NCBI GenBank assembly: GCA_050273025.1
Contig: CP158636.1
Coordinates: 11,222,001 to 11,286,000, forward strand
From: Cenococcum geophilum
Taxonomy: Eukaryota
DNA: 64,000 bases
Direction of reading: 5' to 3'
The notes beneath the pieces were generated by a model that worked only from the letters and a program-made list of their open reading frames with translations, was not told the DNA's origin and made no database searches. Below are positions 39,158 to 52,700 of the stretch, piece after piece. Position 1 is the stretch's first letter. Every line of letters starts with the position of its first letter. A program made the position numbers and the translations under genes.

Positions 39158-42100
39158 TGTAACGGAACCTTGTAGCAAGAACTACAATAGGCTCGTTATT
39201 AGGCTAGGTGTGTAGGAAATGCAAGTACAAAAGTTAAGAACGTAATAACAACTAATAAAGTAGTTACCTAATAGATTAACTCCAATTATATTCTAAGAAT
39301 CACTATAAAGAAGGAACTATCTAGGTAGGGACTAAGGGTCCTTAAATACATAACCGTACTCTTATAAAATCCTTCTTATACGTAATATACGTCTTATACA
39401 TAAGGTATATAAGTTCCTCTTATTCCTCTCGTTTAATACATAGCACATTATATAACCTTAGTTACCATTCCTTGTCACATAGTTCTATCAGCTCCATTTT
39501 AGACCGTGCCTAAATTAACCAACTAGCTTCTTCCGTCTTTTCTCCAAGTAGTTATAACATTGTACTTAAAGCGTCCATAACACCATCTCCCTCCTCTTTA
39601 TTTTCGTCCTTAAAGATTTAAAACATCTCTAAATTATTCACTAGAGGTATAATATCCGTCTAATTAATTTAGTTAATATTATTGCTTATTATACCTAAAG
39701 CAATTTCTTCTTTACACGCCCAATGTCATGCCCGCACTATTACTGTAATATTATCTCTTAGTAAGATTATACTATCTCTATATTCTCGTTGTTTAAAAGA
39801 GGGGTTAGTTTATATTACGTTAGCAAACCCATCTTTATAATAACCGTCCTCTTACTTAGAGTATACTAAAGCAAATATTTATTTATCCTATAACGTTCGC
39901 TCTACTTCTAATACTAAATATACGCGACCTATTACTCTTAATAGTTATCTAGTTCCCTAATTAATTTATCTTAGGGTCTTATATTTAATCTACTACTGCG
40001 CGGCTAGATAGTAAACTATTATAAGCCCTTATTAAGTTAAAACGTTCCTATAACGCGGAACAGAAGGCCCTAAATACTTAAATTGCGGCGTTTGCTCGTC
40101 TACTTTGTCTTAAGAAGGTTTATAAGAAGGTTTATTTTAAGGAGTAAAAACTTATAAAATAAGGTCTATAGGAACTAGGTAATAAAAGAACGGATTCTCC
40201 TCTAATAGAGAAAGAAACAGATCTAAATAGTTCGGTAACTGCTCTTCTTAGGTCCCCCTTAGGTAACTTATTCTTTGGCAATTCTTCTTTATTAATACTA
40301 CCTAACCTAATCTCTTCTAATACTCCTATACCTTTCCTATAGCATTCTTTAAATTCTCTAGTAGCTTTTAGGTAGTCTTAGTATAGCCTATCCACTTAAC
40401 CTTATACTATGTTTCATTATTAATATCCTTATAATTAATAATTTTCAAAACTTGCTATTTGTCTTCTTCTTATCCTTTATATATATCTACTTCATAAACC
40501 AGTGGCTTAACATTCCTATATACTGGCTCTAGCATTATAATATGCTATATAGGGTAGATCTTCATTTTAGCTAGTAGGTTTAACTTAAATATAACCAGTA
40601 AAATCTTCTATGTAATTTCAAAAGGTCCTAGTCTAACATAGTCCAATTTCTTACTTAGTTATTAACTCTTAAAATTTTTATATAGTAGCTATACTTTATC
40701 TCCCTCCTTAAGATCTAGTCCCTTAGATCTCTTAGCATTATAGTACCTTTTTATTCTCTACTATACTACCTTAGCTATCTCTATAAGGTCTATATAAAGA
40801 TTTATTAAATTCTTTATTCTTTCTTTAGCTATACTACTCATTTTCTTTACTTACTATAGTAACAATAATATTCTTAGCTTATATCTATAATTTGCCTTAA
40901 ATAGTAATATGCCTATTCCTTCTTAAGGTGTTATATTATACGTAAACTATATAACTAGTAATAGCAATACCCAATTATCCTATATATAATTAATATAATA
41001 CCTTAGATATTATTCTAGTATCTAGTTTAATCTTTCTATTTAACCGTCTATTTATAGATAATATGCGGTAGAAGTTACTACTTAAACTCCTTACTCCGCT
41101 AAGAACACTTCCTAAAATACTACTATAAATCTTAGATCTCTATCTAATATAATCTTATTTAGTGCTCTATATCTTATAAACACTTCTTTAATATAGATTT
41201 TAGTAATATCTTCCACTAAGATTTCTTCTATATATACTATAAAGTATCCCTACTTTATAAGCTTATCCACTATTACTAAAATTACGTTATAATCTTATCT
41301 AGTAATAGGGTCCTTTAATTTTGGCAACTTAATAATAAAGTCCCATAATATAACCTCCCATAGTCTCTCTAGTATTTTAACAGGTTATAGCCCTCTATAT
41401 AGCTTATACCTTATCGGTTTATTCCTTTAATAATCTAGATATTCCTTTATAACTTTTCTAGCTATTCTCTAGATTCTATTAATAATATATTCCTCCTAAA
41501 GTCTTAACACTAAGCCCATAGCCCCATTATATCCTTAAGTTAGTCCCTTATAGAAGTCTTCCATAAACTACTCTACTATACTTCTTAGGATATACTTTAC
41601 TTCTTAATTTTTGTATATATCCGTTTATAGATCTTCTAGCTATACTTCTAGAATTCTTTATACCTAAAAGCTTTCTAGTATCTTATAGACTTTCTCTAGT
41701 TTATTATCTTTTTAAGTTGCTGCAATTTTTAGATAATTATACCTAATTAATCTATCTATATCTTTTCGCAATAAAGCCCCTAATAGCTTTTCCTTATTTT
41801 ATAGTTCAGCTTTACAGCTTAGAGCATCTACCCGCGTATTATCTGTACCTTTAGTATACTAAATCTCAAAATAGTATTTCGCAAGTATCTCTACCTATCT
41901 AACCTATCTTTAGTTAAGTTCCTTTATTATTAGGAATCCTATTAGGTTCTTATAATCCGTTTTAACTATAAATAGTTTCTCTATACCTTATAAGAATGCC
42001 CTCTATTCCTTTAATACTGTAACTATACCTAACAACTCCTTATTATAGATGTTATAGTGTAGCTCTAGTAGTGTCATCTTCTAACTATAGTATGCTACTA

Positions 42101-45100
42101 GGTGCCATCTATTTTAATACCTTTATATAAAGCACACCCCTAGTATATAGTCTAATGTATCTATCTCTATAACCGTCTCTAGTCCTAGTTAATAGATTTT
42201 AAGAACTAGCTCCTAGGTAAATAACTCTTTAACTTTCTTAAAAAGTTTTCTTTACTCCTCTCCCTATACCTATAGTTCTTCTTTCTTTATTAACCGCATA
42301 AATGGCTTAATATCCTTTAACCACTGCGCTATAAACCTTCTACAGTAATTATAAAACCCTAGGAACAATTTTAACTATATAACATTCTCTAGTTCCTACC
42401 AATTTACTATAGCCTTAATCTTTTTTGGATCTATGCTAAGTTAGCCTAGTTTAATAATAAATCTAACGAAATCGGTTTTCCTAGTAAAGAACTTATATTT
42501 TTCAATTGCTACTAGTATCTGTTCTTCCTATAGTCTCTTTAAGACCTATTTAATATATTCCCCGTGTTCTTCCTTAGTTATTAAGTAGATAATAATATTA
42601 TTAAGATATACTATAATAAATTTATCTAAGTATTCTCCTAACACATTGTTAATACGTTTCTAGAATATTACTAGTGCGTTTATAAGCCTAAATTATATAA
42701 CTAATGGTTTATATAGTCCTTCCTTTAACCTAAAGGCTGCCTTCTATTTATCGCCTTCCTTAATCCTAATCTAATAGTACGCCTATCTTAGATCTATCTT
42801 TGTAAAGATTTACGCATTACCTATCCTATCTTAGATTTTGCTAATTAAGGGTAAAGGATACCTATCCTTCCTAGTAATGCTATTTAACTGTCTATAGTTA
42901 ATACACAGCCTTAGTTTACTATTTTTCTTTAGTACGAATAGTACTGGATAACCCGCTAATAATTGCAATAGTCTGATATATCCCTTTTATAAATTTTCCT
43001 AGATAAACTCTTTTAGCGCTCTACCTTTTTCTTTAGTAAGCTTATAAATTAGAAAGAACTTTAGACTTATCCCTAGTTCTAATTCTATCTTATAGTCCCA
43101 TGCTATATATTCTAACAGCTTTTCACTTTCCAATAACTATAGTTTTTTACTATACTTATAGTATCTCTTTAGTATATAACTTAGTCCTTTTTCTATTTCT
43201 TTATAGGTTGCTCCTACTTAGTACTATACTAACTTAGCTTGTTATTGCATCTTACGGTATTAAGTATCTCTAATATCGACCTAACCTATAATTTAATTAA
43301 TCCTTAGATTATATTCCTATAACTAAGGTATACCTAATACTGCCTTGTCCTATCCCAATAGTAGGATATTAAAAGACATCTTAATTTATTTTCCTTTAAT
43401 AGTTATCTAAATAGGTCCTGTTTTAAGATTAATAATCCCTCCTCTATAGGTTATTAGATCCCCTAAAATTGTAACTAATAGGTAAGATTACTCCTTTTAT
43501 CTGTAAGATAGTCCCATTCTCTTAACTGCTGCTAGTAAGATATAGTTTCGCGTTACTCTACTATCTATTAGCGCTTTAAACTGCTAATCTTGCCAATTAA
43601 TTTATAAATTTAGGTATTATCCTTAAATTCTTTTAAGGGTCTAAGGCTCTACTACTGGCTCCCTCTAGTTCCGTAGGCCTTTACTTTTCCTAACTATTAG
43701 CTACTTAATCCTAGTATACTTAGCTTACTCTTTAGCCAATACCTAGTTCGCTTTTTATCTTTAATATACTATAGATACGTGTTTTCTAAGCATTCCCACC
43801 ACTATTATCCATCTAAGTATTCTTCCGTAAGAAATCTTCCTAGTTAAAGTACTACGCTTTCTTCCTCTTAGACCTCTGCTAGATGCTATCTATATATATA
43901 TTTAGCATTCCTATACTATTACTCGTCTATTATTTAGTACATTCTTATAGGGTATTTCCAATTCTTTTCCTTTGGATTCTTATGCATTTTATATATATTA
44001 TCCACGCACGTAATCTATAATAACATATAGTGTACTAGGTGCTTTAGGTTAACTCTTAGCTCGTCTTTATCCCTAAGTTTAAACCTTTATTATACTAATC
44101 TAAATATTATAACTTTATTTACAGGTACTAAGATATATCTCTTACTTCTCTAATCCTCTAAATATTCCTCTAGATCCTTTAATGTTATAATTAAGGCTCC
44201 TTTAATATACGTTATAGCCTTTTCTATAATCGGGTGGTCCTAGATAACTTTTTTATCCAACTATATATAGAAATCTTTCTACTTATTATTATGCCTTTGC
44301 CTATACCACTTTTAGTATAGCTGCTGGAGTATATACGGTTTATCTGTAAGAAAGTATCTTCTTATTACTATATTGTAATAGCCCTTTATATATCGTTTTT
44401 TGAACCTAGTTAGAATTCCTAAATCCTCTTTACTTTCCAGTTTAATAAGCCACTTAGCTCTTAGTATGCCTGCTCTTAGCCTATTAGTAATTCTTTATAC
44501 TAGTGCTCTATTCTTTATATGTCCTAATATACTAAATCTCTTATCTAGTTTCTATTCTTGCTATATAATAATTCTTTACCTAAACTCTTCTATAGTTTCT
44601 TTTAGTTTGCGCCTTATGCTCTAATCCTTAAAGTTATCTTACTTCTTAATTCTAGTATCAAACTTTCGATCTTTAGGCTAAACACTACATTCCCCTAGTA
44701 AGTCTTCTAGGTTTATATATCTATCTCCTAGTCTAACTACTATTTATATTATAGATTCTCTAATCTATAAAGAAGCTCCTTACCTCTTATCTATAGGTGC
44801 CCTTATTTATACTTTAAAATCTTAGTCCCTTAAATTCTTTAATCCTAAGCTTACTTCTAACTTAAGCTTAGCTCCTACCTTAGTCCAACTAGGCGTCCAT
44901 AGTATTCTTATCTCGTCTTAAAAGTCTTAAATCTTACTTATCTCGTCTTAAGAGTCTTATATCTATGGGAAACTTTATCCTAAGCTTATTTATATATTTC
45001 TAAACTAAGCTGCTGCCCTACTCTATTAGTTTTCGTCTATTATAGGTCCTAGGGTATACCTTATCTTGTCTTAAGAATCTTAGTTATCTTTTATCTTATC

Positions 45101-47107
45101 TTAAGAATCTTAAGCCTTTAGCCTTTTGCCTTTATTAAGTGCCGAAGTAGTTTACTATCCTACTTCTCTTGCGTCTTATAAAGTAATAGACATTATATCT
45201 AATAGGGTTTCGATTCCTACTAATATTCCTTATTCTGTAGTAAAATTATCCTCTACCTCTAGTATAACATCTCTAAGGTCTACTCGCTCCTAGTAAGCAG
45301 CCCTTATTACCTTATCGTTACGGAATGTTTTGCTTAGGTTAAATTTATTATCCTTAATATCCGATTTGCGAACTGGTTTATTAGTTCCTCTATATCCTAT
45401 AGGTGCTAGCTTTTATAGCTAATAGCTTACGCCATACTTAGCGTCCTTATAAATTTGGCATATATTATTGTAACAAAACGCAAAACTTCTAATTAAACAT
45501 TCTTTTGTTCCTCGCAGTATATTATTATCCCTCTATATATATATATTGTCTACTAGTCTTATACCCTTTACTATATAGTAACTCTACCTACTTCTACAGT
45601 CTCTAATATAATAACCCTATTTCCGCAATTTATATAAGCTCCTTCTTTAAACTATTTCTTTTGCTATAAAGTCCGCCTAAATATCTTCTGCTATTAAGAT
45701 CCCTAATTTAGCCTTTGCTCCTTAGACCTTTAATTACTTAATCCTTATTTTTTAGGTTTCTATAGTTTACTCTATCTCTTATAGGCTTCTTTAGTACCAC
45801 TTAGGTTTATTAGCTCTATGCCATACCATAGTTTCTAACTTAGCTTTTATTATTGCGTATTTTACGCCTTATATAACTATAGAACTCTATCCTAGCCTCT
45901 CTTAGCCTATTTCCTTTAGTAGATCTAATTATTAATCTTAATTACCTAATCTATTAGTTCCCTTAGGGTGTCCGCATCTTCTATTAGAATAATTACGTCC
46001 TAGACTTTAGCCTTAAGTCCCTATTTATACTATGCCATAAGCGCCCTATTATTCTACTCTACTTATATTGCTAGCGTCTAAAACTATATTATATACTTAA
46101 TTACTAAAGTTTATTATATAAGGTTCTAGAGTTTTCTTTCCGCTATAGTTATTTCTTCCAGGTCTCTAAATATCTACGTAAGTTATTCTATAAATCCTTC
46201 CCAACTTAAGAATATAAATCGCATATCTTAGTTAGTGGTTGTTATTCCGTTTGCCTATATCTCCATAAGGTAAAGTTTAAACTACTTAAGTGCTTTTCCT
46301 AATAAGAATAGTCCTATATAGGCTATCCGATCCACAGGTATAGATAACTTTACTCCCTCCTATAAGACCTTAAAGTATATTTACGTAAGAAATCCTTTAA
46401 GCTTTAACCTCTCTCCTATAAATCTCTTAATTAATAGTAGCTTAATCTTTACTACTTCTATCCCGTTAAGTCTTTCTTCTAACACTATATTATTAGCTAT
46501 TAGCTAGTTAACTATTTCCTATAGCTATCTAACCGTCACAGGTTGCTATAAGTCAGTATCTGCCATACTAGTATCACCTCCTGTCCTTAAAGTAGTTGCT
46601 GCCGTTAATAGCGTTATAGTGGCTGCTTTTAGTGGCATATTATTCAACTTTTTATATTAATACTATAACTAGGTAGTAATTATATAACGGAACCTTATAG
46701 TAAGAACTATAATAGGCTCGTTATTAGGCTAGGTATATAGGAAATATAAGTACAAAAGTTAAGAACGTAATAATAACTAGTGGAGTAGTTGCCTAACAGA
46801 TTAACTCTAATTATATTCTAAGAATTACTATAAAGAAGGAACTATCTAGGTAGGGACTAAGGGTCCTTAAATACATAACCGTACTCCTATAAAATCCTTC
46901 TTATACGTAATATACGTCTTATATATAAGGTACGTAAATTCCTCTTATTCCTCTCGTTTAATACGTAGCATATTATATAACCTTAGTTACCATTCCTCGT
47001 CACATAGTTCTATCGGCTCCATCCTAGACCGTGCCTAAATTAACTAACTAGCTTCTTCCGTCTCTTCTCCAAGTAGTTATAACATCGTACTTAAAGCGTC
47101 CGTAACA
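39158..47107 (-). mobile_element. Full-length Ty3/Gypsy chromovirus family A1 (7950 bp), RIP-inactivated
   Basis: 425-bp LTRs 39158-39582 and 46683-47107; 5-bp TSD TTAGG (39153-39157, 47108-47112); PPT GAGGAGGGAGATGG; gag, PR, RT (VYLNNIIIY = YLDD), RNase H, IN (LGPF), chromodomain. Confidence 0.95.
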
Positions 47108-49775
47108 TTAGGGGTTGTCCTAAGGGCAACCTAAGGTGTCTGCAATAATATCCCTTATATTACCCCCCCTTTTTACAGTTAGCCCCTAATCGCTATTACT
47201 TTATAGTATATTATTATATATTATCTATCTATCTAACCCTTACTTTAAACTCCTAAAAACCCTTAATAAGGAAAAAATATAACTAGAGAAAAGACGCGAG
47301 GATTGCTAAAAAAAAACACTATTAAAAGCCTATTAGAAGTATGCTGGTAACTACTTAGGCTAATATAGGGATTTTTATATAACTCTAGTTCTAAGCCTTT
47401 ATACTAGTCTGTAATTAATTATAAGTATTATAGGTAATTTAGTATTCTAGTATAGTTCTATAGAACCTTTAATATAGGATTTAATATATAGAGCCTGAGC
47501 TTGCCGTCGTCTTTAACTGTTAAAATATAATCTATAATCTATATTCTATAATAGTTTTATATAATCCTCTACATTACTAACGTATTATTCCTATATCTGC
47601 CTTTAGGCTATTAGATACAGTTAAGGTATTAATTAGTTAATTAAGGAGACTTATCTCCTAAGATTTAATGTATATACTTTTAAATCTAATAGTCCTATAC
47701 TGTATATTTGGCGTAGCTCTACTGCCCAGTAAATAGGAGGGACACTTTATAATAGTACCTATAGCTATTATACGATTGTTAAGAACGTCTATAACGTTAT
47801 TCTTTAATACTAGTATCGTTTTAGGTATAATTTAACCTATATACGTCTTTGGTTAACGTTTTAATTGCCTTTCTCTAGGCGTGTTATTAGTTTTTATAAG
47901 GAAGTAATGGTTAAATAACGTTATTATAACGGAGTTATATTAGTAAGGTTGCGGCTATTTACCGGAAGGGTATTAGATGGTAAAGTATAAGGATACCTTG
48001 CTTATTAAGCTGTTCCTTTTCCTTAATACCTTACTTTCCATTATTAACCTTTATCCAATTTTAGACGTATCTTTGATATATTATTAAGATTTTCTTCTTT
48101 TCCATTATTAATTTAATATGCCTCTTTATTCTCTTACTAACTGCTTTTTTAAGTAAATTCCATAGTATATCCTAGCCCTACCTTTATATATAGAACCCTA
48201 ACCTCCGCTAACCTATAACTAGCACTAGCCCTACCTAAATAATTTTACCTATACGTCTTTAAAAGACTAGAAATCTAATAATAGGATTCTAGAGGCTTAT
48301 AATAAGACGCACTATATTAAATTTAATACCTTTAGTCCTTATAATCGATATATACGTACTAGAGTAGTAGTTACATTAAGGTAAGCTTTTTTATCCTTAA
48401 TAGATTTTCATTACTAACTTTAAGCTTTAATAGTCTGGGCCTAAGTGGCGACAATCCTTTAATATCCTTAATTACTATATCGCTCGGGCTTTATCTTATT
48501 CTAGCGCTAATACTAAATATTTTGGTTAAATTTAAGACTATGCTATAGCTATCTATACCGCTTACAATTCCTAGTAAGCTAGCTAGTAACGCCGAATATA
48601 AGAGTAAGGTTAGTATATTAAGGATAAGGTAAGAGATAGGGGTAATAAAAAGAAAGTTGCTATCTACTATAGAAAGGAGTTTGCGTATATATATTAAGTT
48701 TTAAAAGAGTATAATATAATACGGTATTAGGTAGGTTACTCTTTAAGTACCTAGCAGATAGGTAATTAATGGTTACCGTAGTAAGGTCTTAGTAATTTTG
48801 GACTATACTAGCTAGCTAATATCTCTATTTATTCTAGGCTTAAGCGTATCTTTATTAACTATAAGCTTACGCTATAAGAGCTTTGTTAGTATTAGTTTAG
48901 ACCTAATATTAGTATTAAGCATTTAAGAGTCTCTGCTCTAGCTATACCTTATTATCCTACCCCTATTTTTATGCCTACTTATACCCTACTAAGGGGTCTA
49001 GATCCTATTCTTATTAGCTATTACTTAATAGCCTAATAAATACTAATTCTACTCCTAAGGGTAAGGTATAGTGGCTTTATAAATTAGGCATTTAGGATTT
49101 ATTCTTATATATAGTAGTAATTAAGGTGCCTAGGAAGGCCTTAAAAGGCTTTTAAGAAGGGCTTAGGGGTCCTAGAAATAATGTTCCTAATATAGATTAA
49201 TTAATAGAAATGCAATTCTAGCAAAATGCTCTATTAATTCTATAATATATATATAAAAAGGCTAAGGACCTATTCTACCTTAGGCTATAGCCCTAAACCT
49301 TTTAGTTTCTAAAGCTTATCTATTCTATATCCGATTTAACCTATTTACTCTTTTCGCGAGCTTTCTTTATAAGTCGCAATAATACTATAGTATTAGAGCA
49401 CTTTCTGTAATTTGTAGATTATAGACCTTAGTCCTAATATTTTTCTAGAATATTTTTATAATAATTAAGGTAATCCTCTAGTTCCTATATAGAGTCCTTA
49501 GCGGGCTAGCCTAGCTATTTAACTTTATATTAAAGCTTGTTCTTAATAAACTTATAGCATAGTATAGCTTTAACCTTATACCGCTCGCCTACTACTTTAG
49601 GGTGTTTAATTAGGCCTAAATAGAAGTTCTTTTCTAGTAGTAGTCTATGCTATAGCTCTAGTAGGTTTATATAAAACACTAAATATATATAGGCTATAGA
49701 CAGGGGTAGCTAAAGATAGTAGGCTAACTTACTAATTCGTTCCTTAATTTAAAAAGGACCTAGGTATTTTATATT

Positions 49776-52700
49776 TGTTGGAAACACAGGGCAAATCACT
49801 AATACTACTTAAGTAGATACAGTGATAGAAAAGGTTGATTGATTATAGGAATAAGGAAAGGGGTGAGGAACTTAAGTTTCCTTACCACGCTAGGGCCACG
49901 TCGACACGTGACGGCAATATGCCTCACGCGACGGCAATATGCCTTACGCGATGGCAACTTGCCTTATTCCCGACACTGGCAACTCTTCTTTTTGTGGTTG
50001 CTATATATATATACAAACAGATAGTATATAACAATACTAGATAGTATATAACAATACTAGATAATATATAACAATGCTAGACAATATGCAATAAAAACCA
50101 GACGATATGCGACAATACAGTAGTTGGTAGAATTTGGCGGATAACGTGAAGACGGGTGAGCCGCTAAGGCGCTAGTAATAAGCGAGCTAATGGCGATTTT
50201 CCATACCGGGTATGGAAAATCCTGATTGGCTAGCTTAACGAATAGCATCGGTAGAACTTTACACCGCCACCCGAACCGATTAGGCGCGGCGCTCTTAGTA
50301 AGAATCTGACTAATTAGACAACTTTGACCGGCGGTTGAAGTTCTATAAGATCTTAACTTCTCTAAGTTTCCCTCTTAATTTAACCTTTAACTCGTATATA
50401 TAGAGTATTTATATTAACGAACGTCTCTAGTGCCTTGTTTAGGTTTGCCTTCATCATTATATCTACCGGGTTATCTTAGCCATTAATCTATTAAATCTTA
50501 AAGAGTTCTCAACGCTCATAGGATTGCTAAAGTGCTATAATATCAATTATAAGACGCTTCTCCTTTGTAGTACTAAGCTTGACTAAACACTTGTAAAGGG
50601 AATATAAGTTAATACATACGATTATAGGAATAGCGGGGAGTTTAAGTCGATCTATAATTATCTTTAAGGTAGTTCTGATTATAATTGCCATATCCACTCC
50701 ACTAACTATTCCATATATTTCTAATATAAGAACGCTTTAAGTAACGCGCTTACTCTTAGTTGAGCTTTAATAGATAAGATTGCCGTAGATTGTAAAGTTA
50801 CTCTCTTTAATAGATTTGTTCGCGATAATAATCTTATATCCTAGCTGGGAGCTAAAATCTTTATTATTTATAAATAATCCATTAATAAATATAAAGAGCT
50901 TAGCGGTAGGAAGGTTAATAGGCATATAGAGTAGTCCTTAATTAAGATAGTTTATTTGCCAAAAAAGGCGCTTATTTAGGGTAAGGACGTCCTCCTTAGT
51001 TGGTTCCTAGTATTAAGCGGTAACAGAGAGATTAAAGGAAGCTTTAGGTTAACAGATAGAAGCAACATAGGCTCTATAAGCGTGTTGCTCCATATATCCT
51101 TACTTTAGAGAATTAACATTAATAACGTCGATCTTCTTGCCTTAACCCTTCTGGCGTAAAGCAATAGAGCTCTTATTTAGGGAGAGGATGCATCTATTAA
51201 AGAGTAATGGTGTTGTTAAATTAAGTCTTTCCTTTAGCTTTACTATAAGATTTACCTTTATTAACTTATCTTCTTTAAGAGCTAAGAATTGGTCGTCTCT
51301 TAAGATAATTATATCATCCGTTTGCATGCCGATGATTCCAAATAGAGTTCCCGTAGTTGTGATGAGGAAGTAGGGGTCGAATATAGAAGTAGTTATTAAA
51401 AGCTTCTCTTTATGGTGCTTGCTGTAGGTAGCCTACTAATGGGTTCCTGCCTCTGCGATTCTATATAATGGCTTAAGTACGACCATAATTATATCCTTGG
51501 GATATTAGTAGCGAATTTGCTCTAGAAGGTATGCTAGTATTAAGCGCTAAAAGCGCGTCTCTAATTAGGTGTAGGCCTAAGTAATATCTTATAGGTAAAC
51601 CGCCATTCTATTCTTTATTAAGGAGGGAGCTAGCGTAATAATGACTTATTAACTAGCTCGTTAAATTGTAGGGGATTGCGTAAGGATTACTTCCTTACTA
51701 TTGTCGTTATAACCTTAAATGACTAGCCTTGACTTCTTAAATGGGGTATTGGTAGCTTTACCTTTAATCTTATTAACTATTCTTGACTTAAATATACGAA
51801 CTCTATTGAACTTAGTAGGGTTATATTTCTCAAATTTAAAGACTCCTCTTGTAATAAGACCGTCAATCTCCTGCTTATTAGATACTTGGAAAGGAGCTCC
51901 TGGAGTTGTAATACGGCCTTCCTTTTAGAGCTGTTTTGCGAGCTTAAAGTCAGCCTTCTCTTTATTTATTATAAAGGCCATTAATAGTTTATCTCTATTC
52001 TTAATAGCGGTGACGAATTGCTCTTTGAAATCGATAAGATGTTAGCGATTTCGTAATCCCTTTGGGCGACCTCTACCGCGTTGTAGTTGCGGTACGTTTA
52101 CTACAATTGTATTAGGATCGCATTCGCCTTCTAGAGCACGTTAATCGTGGTTCTCCTTTAGGGTATCCTCTAGGGCATCCTGTAAAGGCTTAGAGCTGTT
52201 ATCCCTATAGTAGGGCTTAATAACAGTTAAGTGGAATTAAGTGGGTCTATAGGGCATTTGAAGAGTGCAAGTTTAACTATTAATTGTAATAAGTTTATAT
52301 AGGCCTAACTATCCTCCCTTTTTACGCTATACGCGTACCTTCGATTGGAGTGGCAGATTAAGCGTAGTTAAGGTATTTGGGCTATTTCTTATTCCTAGTA
52401 CGTTATTGACCTAGCGTGTAGCGTAAAGGTATTATACCTCCTTTATTGCCTTGCAAATAGCCTTAGTTTGTTATATAATAGAGGGAGATAGTAGAGAATT
52501 ATCAGTTATTCAGGGGTAGGCGCTAAAGACTAGCAATGTAGGTACGAGCCCATCTGGGCTAGCGGTATCATTAATAGCCTTAACAGCTATCTATAGGATA
52601 AGCTCTTTACTAGCGCCCTTTAGTTCTAAAGAAATGATCTTATATACGCGGCGTAATGGCGTATAATATCGTTCTACTTTTTTGACACTATTATGTGCCT

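Noticed and set aside
47113..47190. Resemblance to the Crypton 5' end (atattacccccccttttt...gcccc), suggesting a fourth Crypton
   Set aside because: Explained as the Gypsy B PPT and 3' LTR start on the minus strand; no recombinase motifs follow.
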